NCBI GenBank assembly: GCA_052426225.1
Contig: JBNJNM010000013.1
Location: 744,001-808,000, forward strand
Direction of reading: 5' to 3'
DNA: 64,000 nucleotides
Origin: Zancudomyces culisetae HAW-14-8
Lineage: Eukaryota > Fungi > Kickxellomycota
Shown: one piece after another, positions 51,701-62,400 of the stretch
Layout of the letters: each line of letters opens with the position of its first letter
Position numbering within the stretch: the stretch's first letter is position 1
Program-made: the position numbers and the translations under genes
Notes under the pieces: generated by a model
The model's database searches: none
Seen by the model: the letters and a program-made list of their open reading frames with translations, nothing else
Told to the model about the DNA's origin: nothing

Positions 51701-52549
51701 ACCAGTGGTAGCATCAATAAACTAGCAGCTGTTGGTGGGTTTTCTGCTGAAGAATTTCCTTCAAGAATACCAAATAAACCAATTACATCAAACCAAACTT
51801 CAAAAGTCACTACAGATCATAAATTTAATAACAATAGTGACATGAGTGGTCGTAATGGAGAGACAAACCCTCTCAAGTTGCAACGACAAGAGCAGGAGCA
51901 GAGAGAAAAACAACTTTTACTTGAATCTATAGAAATGTTGACTAAATCGCAACTTTATCAGAGTTGTCCAGATCCCGATATTTTGAAGAAGCATTTTGTC
52001 AATTTGATTTCCAACAAACATTATTTGCAGTGTTTCTTTAATAGTACGATGAAGAATTTCAAAAAACAGCTCTTACATAGCAGCGGTATTACTGAGTATG
52101 TTGCAGATAGTTTTAGTGAAGGCGGTACTGATAGTCGGCGCAGTGTTAGTATTGATTATACCCCGGATATTATTGATCAAAGAAGTAATTCATTTGAATA
52201 TAACAAGACCTTCAAAGATGCTGTTGGCAGTGGTGATTTAGCTCTGGATTTCAATAGTGGTTTTTACAACTATGGATGTGAGGGTATTGGTACTAATATG
52301 TTGTATGACATTGTTAGTAATGTAGATACACCATTTAAAAGTCAAAGCCGCAATGTGAGTAATTGTAAAAATCGTATGAGTGCGGAACAATCCGTTGGAA
52401 CTAACACTAACCTTGATGCTGACCGTTACTGGGGTTATGGCAATGAAAGTGCGAATGGTTCGGATTTTGTATTTCCTAATACTTCTTTACTAGCTGACCA
52501 AGTAATAGGCTCAAATTGGTTTTATTTTGGAAAGGTTCGCCACTTTTGA
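39718..52549 (+). CDS. IML1: GATOR1/SEACIT subunit Iml1/DEPDC5, ~4,227 aa (exons 39718-40435 and 40584-52549)
   Basis: RDQKISRGDMW, RSDSSRIVIMIQISQE, HMVSIIFFTR, GGFLEAINL (DUF3608), KWLSLCTPQVLPLTT, RLSQGFQLV, a DEP domain (RWH..FTGNQLTNW..GIIVH..FLDGYYIY), and QYVHKSGAAFVQI. The intron GTAAGC..TTTTAG joins the frames. Confidence 0.93.
47533..47650 (+). repeat. Coding microsatellite (AATCCA)n/(AATTCA) encoding NP/NSNP repeats in IML1
   Basis: Read directly. Confidence 0.95.
48706..48770 (+). repeat. Coding (ACN)n poly-Thr tract in IML1
   Basis: Read directly; about 21 Thr in the ORF translation. Confidence 0.95.
50069..50232 (+). repeat. Coding microsatellite (AAYACC)n encoding an NT dipeptide repeat in IML1
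   Basis: Read directly. Confidence 0.95.
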
Positions 52550-52612
52550 AAAGTAATAATTCAAAACTTTTAATATCTTTTTTTTTCGCTTTTATTATCA
52601 TAAAAAATAAAG

Positions 52613-55600
52613 TTAAAAAGTAGAAAGTAAAAAGTTTTTACAAAATAAGCATTTGTTGGAACTACAATGCTTTTGTGTAACAAACCTTGGTAAGCTAATA
52701 TCAGCACAAGCTATTCTATCATTAACGTCATTCGATAAATCTGGGAGAACGGCTTTTGAATTGCAAAATGTACATGTATTGAAATCAATTCCAGTTAACA
52801 GCATAAATGTTTTTTGGCAAAGGAGAAATTTGTGGAATGGGTACTTGTCAGCATTTACGCAAGTTAGGGTCAGGATATCATCACTATCGTCACTATCATC
52901 ATTATCATCATCGCTACCATCATCCCTTTTGCTGCTGTGGTATGTTTGCTTATCTATTATATGGCCATCGTTTGTTTTACAACTAAATTCGATAAATTCA
53001 CTTTTGCATATAGGACATTTATATTGACCATCATTATCGCCACAACCATCACCATCACCATCACTATTCTCTATCGACAACTGTTGCTCAAGTTGTAGTA
53101 TTATCGGATTGATTATCGTTATGATCTCCTCAAGACCATCTTCAAGTATGTATAGATACGTGTATTGATGGCTTTTCGACTTTCTACTCTTTCCAACCCC
53201 TTTAATATTACTTTGCGAATGTTGGAAATTATTTATGATACTTCTTTTCCAGCTATTAAATAGTCTGTTAATCTGCTTTAGATACCTCAAATTCTCTAAA
53301 TGGATATCGCTTGTTTCTCTACTAACAGAGCTAATAGGATTTTTCAAGTAGTATTCCTTAACAGAGACCGAAAAGTTGAATAAATGCTTATTCAGTATTC
53401 TGTATTTGCAGCGCATTAGTTGATCATAAATATAAAACTTGGCACTTTTCCCGCTATCTACCTCATTTTTGCTGGAAAAACTCCTAGCGTGCAGATCGGT
53501 ATATTTACTCGACTTATTATTAGCTTTTTTTCCACAATTATTCTCATGATTGTGATGGTACTGATAATAGTAAACGTTATAAACCAGGTTGTCATACACA
53601 TTTTCGTAGTTTTTATCGAGTCTTTTAATCAGTTTGTTTTCTATTTCCCTGTAGTCCTGATTAATAATGTCCCAAAGTAAATATTCAATTGTCATGTTAG
53701 ATCCCTTTCCGTTAGCTCTTTCGGTAAAATCTTTGTTAGAAGTTATAGTCGTATCACATGTATCTTGTATACTACCTCTTCCACTTTCATCATTATACTG
53801 ACTAATGATTTTATTTATTCCTCGGGAATTAAATTCATCATTGTCAAACATATTCCCACTGTAAGCACTGTCGCCACTTTTATCGAGACTGTCTTTTACG
53901 GATTGTAAAATTTTATTTTGTATTTGAGGTTTGGCTTCACTTAAATCCACTCTGTCATGCTCATATCTGTGGCTACTTATGAGAGTTGATTTCTCAGTCA
54001 TCCCAGTGTAACTAGCCGGGTCAAAGTAAAACATTCGATTCACAATTACTGGATTCAAATGGCAAGTAATAACACTAACCAAATTAGTTTTGGAATACAA
54101 ATCATTCCTCAATATTCCAGCAACCATAAAAACAATATATCTGCCGTTATGTGAGACCAAAACGCTTTTCAACGAACCCTGAGTCCTGAGTGTATGCCCA
54201 TACCTCGTATCGCGCGACAGAATGCTTCGAATTTGTTTATCTACAATTCTATTAAGTTTCTTCTCTACCTTTTTCTGTCCGATTCGCATCCATTGATTAG
54301 GTTTACTAGACAGTGCAACATCATTAGAGTCATTCATAGTACAGTCTTGAACATGGTCCTCGTGACATGGCTGATTTTCCCCTTGAAGTTTTTCCAGCTT
54401 TTCAATAACAAAGACCTGTCCATCATTTGTGGATATTATAATTGAATACACATCAAAAACACTTTTCGTGGCCTTTTCTTGTACCGATTTTTTTGTAATG
54501 CTGATACCTGTGATATACTGGGAAATAGGAAGTCCAACAGTTGAAATACGTATACTTGCCACTCCTTCTTGAATTTCATGGTTCTGGTCATCAATGTCTG
54601 AACCCTCAACAATTACAACTCTTCCAATACCCGCCAGTACCACTGCTCCTTCATACGAATGCACCTCATTTATTGGCCCATATCCAAATCCATCAACTAT
54701 TTGGCTGAATCCTTGTATTTCACCAAGCTCGCTTATTATAGTTACTTCATATACATCGCCCTCTATATCTACTGCCAATATATGGGTTAGCTCTCTTGGG
54801 TTTTCACCCTCCAGCGTACTATTGCTTTGGCGTAAATATTCTAGCTTTGTCAATTTATAGCTAGATATATTTTTCATCGATACTAAACTCCATGTGCTTT
54901 GTTCGTTTTGATATTGATATACACCGAGATCGCCATTTTCAAACCCAACAACCAACTCCAACTTATCATGGCAATTTTTTCGTGTTGTCACTGCGTGAAC
55001 AGCTGAAATATATACACCATCTCGTTTTATACTACTGTGCTTAATCCATCTTTTTGTATAAGGATTGATATCCGACTTGTAGATCGTGACTTCGCCTGTG
55101 CCAGTAAGTACTAGTATGACTCCACAATCGGATTTGCTATTAATCAATTATATCACCAAATACTCTTGTAAATTTTGTCAGTATTATACGCTATTTTCAG
55201 AGTAAATGTAGTGTAAGCTCGTAGAGTTACTTTATTTCCTCATTTCGAACGTCAAACCATTTGATACTTTTAATTTCATCTATACATTAGTGTAATTATT
55301 AATCAACTTTACCTAAGGTTAAATTACGTCGGATCTAGATCGTTTTAAAAATAAAGAGACAATATTGAGACAATATAGTTCTTGTGTTTACCTGAACCTG
55401 AGACTTGTATAATCGTGCCTTTGGTAAAATTAAACTGTGGTGTGTCTTTTATCACTTCCGGTTTCTATTTTTTTTTACCATATAGATTTATAGGTTTTTA
55501 GTTTATATACGACGTGTAGAGTGCGAAATAGACAATTAGAATCAAATTTAATGCAGAATAGTTTTAGTTGGGGAAAAAAAGTTTGAAAAGTAAAAAATAT

Positions 55601-55708
55601 ATTAATGTGCTTTCTTTTCAAATTTACAAGTATTTCTACAGTTTCTGAATCGTATCTCAACATGAAAGACTTTGTAGTCCAAATCAACCTAGAACCGCCT
55701 AGTGACAT
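52613..55708 (-). CDS. Probable TFIIIC subunit (tau60/Tfc8/Sfc9/GTF3C4-like): beta-propeller + C-terminal zinc finger, ~4 exons
   Basis: Small 5' exons splice into the main ORF (..EIKSIKWFDV..N|KSDCGVILVLTGTGEVTIY, cf. TFIIIC-delta W..C.LAVLT). C-terminal CPIC..C.N..H.F..CQKT..CTFC..CLFC resembles zf-TFIIIC. The true start may be further upstream. Confidence 0.6.
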
Positions 55709-57092
55709 GATTTTTGAGCATTCCTTCTTATTTGTTTGACCTTATGAACACCCGCTATGCACCTGTTTTTCCTTTTTTTTATTTGTTTATCTTTGAATAC
55801 TAGTAATAATAGCAAGACTATTTACAAGCAAAAGCCTTGATTTTACTATTTTACCTTTTTTTTTGCACTTTAATTGTTCATTCTTGGTTGAATAAGACTA
55901 AAAAAATTTCCAAATCGAGAAAAAATCTATTGCGATATTTTATTGGATAACTAGTGGTCGATTCCCACCAATTTTTTTTCCTTTTTTTTCAAACCCAATC
56001 CACCTGACATTACCAGAATCAGAAACTACAAAATAAAATAAAAAACGTGAGTGGTTGAAGTAAGGAATAGGTGTATATTAGATGTTTGATTTTGAATTGT
56101 CCAAGGTTTGTTTTGATGAATATTATAAAGATATAGGCTGATAATCCATTTGATTTAACGACTCAAGGATACAGTATATTCACTATAATATTATAATTAA
56201 ACTTTTGAAATTAAAATAATCAGCAATATTGTTCTTATGCTTAAAAGTCTCTTTTAAAGGTATAAGAGCAACCAGTATACAGACTTGCAAGATTATTAAT
56301 AAAATGTAGGATACAACAGTGGGTTTAGAAAAGCTTTAGCACTTGTATATTATCAGATCAGGTATACTATGAGAAGCTGTTTTTTTTTTGTTTAATACAT
56401 TACAACACTTTTTGTATATTAGGTTGTGGTAAAAACGAAAACAGGGAAGCAATTCTTGGAATTTTGTAGTTTCAGGATTATTTGCATGGATAAGGCAAGA
56501 AGAAGGTATAATTAGTTTACTGTTATTACCTAGAAATTGAATGATTGTATCCAATGGTGTATTTAGTAATCCAGTCCTTCAATCCCAAACTTCTGTTTAA
56601 TGATAATATCTAAGTATACCATATTTATTTCATCAATTAGGCTTTGTGCAACTTTGTGTCCTCTCAAACTATTATTACTGTTATTATTATTTATCTAAAT
56701 ATTACTGTATTTTTGAAGAAAGGATATAATTAGGAATTTTATCGGGGATGTGGAAAGAAGGTGAGAGCAAAAAGGAAAAGGAAAAGGAAAAGGAAAAAGG
56801 AAAAAGGAAAGGAGCAAGGGGTTGTGTAATACCATGTATATGTAAAAAAAGTCATCTTTTTCTCCAACCCAAGTTTACATCACATTAGTTAATAAACGAC
56901 GCAGTGATTTACAAGTACATTGCTACGAGATAGTTCGCATATTCTTGCATTAGCGGAAATTATCAAATCTGCTTTACTGTTATAACATTTTAAGACCAGG
57001 AATAGGTCAAGTTGTTTGGTACACGTTATTCATTTTATTTATTCTCATTTCGTAAAGAACATTTGTAGCATTTGATTATTGATTGTGTAAAA

Positions 57093-57278
57093 GGGAAGAG
57101 GGGAATAGGAGAATAGGAGAATAGGAGAATAGGAGAGTATAAAATATAGGGGGCCGAAAAACAAAAAAAACAAGTAAAATGGCGTTCAAATATATTATTT
57201 TTCTTGGTTCTCCCTATTACCAACATTTCCACTCCTCCACTCCTCCACTCCTCCACTCCTCCACTCCCCACCACCCCA
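57093..57278. repeat. Two 8-bp-period arrays: (GAATAGGA)x4 at 57103-57135 and (CCACTCCT)x~5 at 57229-57267
   Basis: Read directly. Confidence 0.9.
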
Positions 57279-58313
57279 CTCTTGTCATTTCCTTGCAAAA
57301 AAATTTCTTTTTCTCAACTCTGAATCTTATATCTCTTATTAGTTCTTATCTACCTTTTAAATGGTTACTGTGGTTACTGGGAAGGAGTAGGTTAAATACC
57401 ATAAACTAGGATGAGTATGACTAAATGTCATCCATTATGTTCCAATAATTGGGAAAGGGTGGGGAAAAAAGTGGCACATTGAAAACGTTTGAATGCCGGG
57501 GAGGGGGGGTGGAGATGACAACATTGAAGCTAAAAAATATAAAAGAATTTGTAGATGAATGAATGGTAGAGGCGGATGAAATGAAGTGGGGAAAGGGGTG
57601 GAGTAGGATTAGGAGGAGGAGAAAGAGGAGGAGGAGGGGGAGGGATTCAATGGAAGCTGTAGACTATTTAGTGCGAGTAAACATAAACAGTGACACGCGG
57701 CCAAAAAGAATCAAGAATTAGGGTGATTTACAGGGCTGATAAAGTGTGATGTGTTTTGTTCCTGAATTTTGGAAAGGATAGAATAAGAAAGGAGGCGGAG
57801 AAAGTTTATGTTAATGTGGTGTGGTGTGGTGTGTTTAATTTGGAGTTTTTTCAAAGACAGATTTTTAAAAGAAAATGATCATGCGAATTTCTATTCTGAT
57901 TTACATTTATAAAAGAAAAAAATATATGAAAGGACAAGAAAAAGACAAAGACGTGTATTTTTTTATTTTTTATTGACAAACAAAACCAAAAAAAGAAATA
58001 AGAAAAAAAATTTTTTTTTCCCTTGTATGATGAATATATGACAAATAGTAAATTGATAGTATAATTTAAAGAAATAAATATGTGGTAAAATGGACAATGG
58101 ACATCAATGATGGAAAACCCACAATTGAAATCACTATGGCTTAGATAGAAAATTTTTTATAATACATGTATATGCATTTTTGGAAAACGTTGATGTTGCT
58201 AGTGTTTTGAAATGATGAGTTTGTTTATTGACCATTAAAATTACTCTAATATAACAAAATAGTGAGAATAAATAAAGTTGGGGAGAAGGAGGTTGTGAAT
58301 GAAAGAGATATTA

Positions 58314-58353
58314 AATGGTGATGGTGATGGTGATGGTGATGATGATGATGATG
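58314..58353. repeat. (GATGGT)n/(GAT)n microsatellite
   Basis: Read directly. Confidence 0.85.
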
Positions 58354-59220
58354 GGGAGAAAGATAAAAATAAAAGTTTTGGAGCAAAGAAAAAAAAAATT
58401 TTTTTTTTTAAAAAGTAAATCGAAATTTAACCTACCAATCTAGTTTCTGTGCTTTAAATTTTTAAAAGCAATAATAGCAAAATTTGCTATTAGAAATAAA
58501 AAAAAGGTTATACAACGAGAAATGAAGGAGGGTATATTTATGCGAAAATTATAATCTAGAGTAAATTTTTTTTTTCCTGTCCAAATATATTTTTTTTCTT
58601 GACAAAATACTAGTAAAAAAAAGAAAAAAACGAAAAAAATGGCAACCACTTATCACCAAAATTGAAAAAAATAGTCCTAAATGAACTAGTAAAATAAAGG
58701 AAAAAAAAAAGTAAATATAAGGAATATACCAAGAAAACTTTCTTGTAAATTGATACTATTTTGCTGTATTATTTTTTATTAGTAAAAAATAAAAGAGCAA
58801 AAGAAAAAACTATAGTTGTTTCCAACAACACAGATTAACCTTATATCTTTCTTTAGTTATAGGGACGAACGATAAGAGGTGTTCGTCATTATACAGATTT
58901 TTTTCAACTTCAGAGATTAAATCCTCTTGAGATTTTCTGTTTTTCATTATAACTTTTATAAAACTACATTTTTCCCATTTACACACACACAAAAAGGAAA
59001 AAAAAAGAACCAACCCTTTCTTTTGCAGGCTATACCATCAGACGGTTTCGAATAGTAAAAGGTAAGAATAAATCAAGTAAAGTTTTACTTTTTCGGATGG
59101 GAGGAAAGAGAGAAAATTTTTTTTAAAGCAGTTATGCGGGTTACTATTATTTTTATTTTCAGAATTTACTGTTACTACAGTTATTGCTGCAGGTTTTTTT
59201 TATTTTGTACCTTGCTCCAT

Positions 59221-59259
59221 GTTTAGATAAATGGTTTAGATAAAAGGTTTAGATAAAAG
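59221..59259. repeat. GTTTAGATAAA x3 imperfect tandem repeat upstream of the eIF4G ATG
   Basis: Read directly. Confidence 0.85.
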
Positions 59260-59414
59260 TATATGCAAATATATTAAAAGCAAATTAATAATAACGATAT
59301 TGATTAAAAAATATATATAAACGTAGACCAAAGGAATTTAAAAGGGAAAGAACCATCAAAACAAAAAAAATTTAAAGAACAAAAGAAAACAAAAGAGTAC
59401 AGAGAATAAAATAA

Positions 59415-62400
59415 ATGAATCGTAAACTTACTCAACAAGGACAAACTCAAGCAATAGATACAAACAAGGGCTTTTCGCAAAGAAAACAACACCGAGAATA
59501 CGTACCTAAAGAAGCGGCAACAAGCGTTTCGTATGCAAATTTGGCAGCAAGAGCACCAAACAAAGCACCGACAAATGGAGTTAGCGCAACAATAGGACAA
59601 AAAGCAAACAAGAGCGGTAAGACAGCAGATGAGGGGTCAAGAGACGCAGAGGTAGCAATTAAACTACCAGAAGTAGATCGAGTACCATCACCATTGAAGG
59701 GAGTAATGTTTGGCAGCTGGGGTAAAAAGATAGAAAAGGAAGACAGCACAATTAGAGGAGGAAAAGGAGTTGAGGAACTCAGTGGAGCAGTGCCAAAGCT
59801 ACTTCCAAAGCTTCTTAGCAAACCAATATTTGGAAACAGAGAAGCAGTAGAAACAAGGCCAGTTCCAATTCCAGGAATAATGGCAACAGCACAGGAAAGC
59901 AAGGCAGCAGGAGAAGGAGTAAAGTTCCCAGAGCAAAGTAACTATGGAGCCAAAGACAATGTGGCATCAGCAGGATACAATAGGGCTCGCGGCAATAGAC
60001 AAGTTGCAGGAACAGGAGCAGCAGCAGGTCAACAACAACAACAACAACACTACAAACAACCACGAGCGGGAGTCCAGGGATCAGAAGAAGGCGGACATCA
60101 CGGTAAGGTTAATGTGAGTAGTGGTAATGTTAGTGTTAGTGGTAGTGGGTCAGGGCGACAAGAGGGAGTAGAAGGACAAGAATTGCAAAGTAATGCAAAT
60201 GTAAATTCACGTCATTCGCCATATATGACAGCGACAGCACCACTTTCATCGTTTGCACATGCAGATGGACGTACAGCAAACAGTGCAGGAGGGTTCCACT
60301 CACCAGCAGTACAACATGGTGAGCAGCAAGGATATAATGGAGGATACGGATCACCAGTTGTTCAAGCACAGGCAAATATAGGTGTGAGGGGACAGCAGAA
60401 TGCACACCATGGGCCAGGAACAATGGGATTCATTCCAATGATAAGTTCAGGGCGTGATAAGCAAGGGGGACAGATTAACCCAATGAGTACACAAGCTGGA
60501 GGCCAAGTGGCAGCAGTCCAATACCCAGTGGCAGGTGCAAACCATGTACATGTTCTTACCAACATGCAACCACCACACGGGCCTATGGTAGCACCAATTC
60601 CAACAGGACCACCAGGAATAGGACAGCAGTTCCAGCCATGGGGACCAGGTGGATTTTACCAAGGTGGTCACATTGCTGGTACAGCACCAGTCGCAGGATA
60701 CGAGTCACAATACTACCAAACAGCAGGAATTCCCCAATCACATATTGGGTTTGCACCTCAAGGTCAGTATATGATGCCTAGAATGTCAGGACAAGGACAC
60801 CCAACACATGGAATTTCACAACAAGGAATGGTGTTTGGAGCTGGAGTCGAGCCCGGTACACATATGCCATCAATGCCAATGCCACAAGCTCAACATCAAC
60901 ACCACCAACAACATCATCAACAGCCAGTGGTTGGGTCAACACCACCTTCAGTGCCTCAGTTGCCTTATGGTCAACCACGAATTTCGCAAGTTGGATCAGA
61001 TTTCAAGCCACCACATTCTAGCCGATTGAAGATTATTAATCCTCAGACCAAACAGGAGGTTCAAGTACATAAAGCAGGTGCCACAAATGCTGCAACATCA
61101 AATGACGCAACAAGTTTGACAAGTACACCAATCATTTCTGCGACAGTTCCAACCCCATCAACTCCATCAGTTGCAGTTGCAACTGGAACTGCAGCTACAC
61201 CAACAGCTACACCAGCAACAGGAGTAGTTGGAGGAGCTCAAAAGAGTGTAGATGATATTATTCCAATCAAGACTCCTGTTATTCCCAACGCTTACCAATC
61301 TCAAAAATCACAACCAATCCCAATACCAATCTCGATACCACAACCACAACAACCAGAGATTTTGGGCCACTTTAATAAGGATAATACTTTTACATTGCCA
61401 TCAGCAAACAAGAAGATTATTGCAATTCGGGCACCAACAGAAGCTACAACAACACCAACAGTGACACCACCACTAACAGCAGCAGCAGCAGCAGCACTAA
61501 AAGCAACAGCAACACCACCAGTACAAACACAAACACCAGTACCAGCACCAGTAGTAGTAGCCGTAAAAACCGAAGAGAAGGAAAAAGAAAAAGAAAAGAT
61601 TAAACCAGCTGCCCCAGTTGTCCCAGTTGCTCAACCACCACAATCAGAGAAAAAAGAAATTGTTGAAGAATTACCGAAACAAGAAAAGGTAGAAGAGGTT
61701 GTAGAAAAAGAAAAGGTAGAAGAAAAAGTAAAGGAAGAAAAGGTTGAGGAAGAAAAGGTAAAAGAGAAAGTAGAAGAAAAGGTAAAAGAAAAAGTAGAAG
61801 AAAAGGTAGTGGAAAAGGTGGAAGAGAAAGAAATAGTAGAGGAAAAAGTAGAGAAGGAAGAAAAAGTAGAGGAAGAAGAAGAAGAAGAGGGTGAGGAAGT
61901 GGATATTCATGAGGCTAGTGGAAAAATCAAGCTGGGATTAAAGACAATTCTCAACAAGACATATCCAGACGAAGAAGCACAAAAACATAAACCAGAGCTA
62001 CGAAATGGAGTTTTGGTATATCCAATAGAGTTTTTGCAGACATTCCGAAAGATATGTAAGGTTAAGGTTGGAGAATTTACATTTGAATTGGGAGGCCAAG
62101 AGGATGGGCGAGGTCAAAAGGATAACAAGCGACCATCAAATAGAAACCGATCGGAAATGGGAAGAGGAGGAGGAGGTGGAGGACCTAGTCAAAGACAACA
62201 GCCACCAGTTGATTCCAACTTTAAACAACCACCTCGAACATCAGAAGAGAGATTCCAACATAGTTCATCCAACCACTCAACTCGACCATCACAAGGAATG
62301 GGTGCACGATCAGGAGGAGGCGGTGGTGGAGGTGGACGATCATCGAGAAGTGGTCGGGGACCTCGAGGATTCCGTAGCACAGGAGGACGAGGCAATGCCA

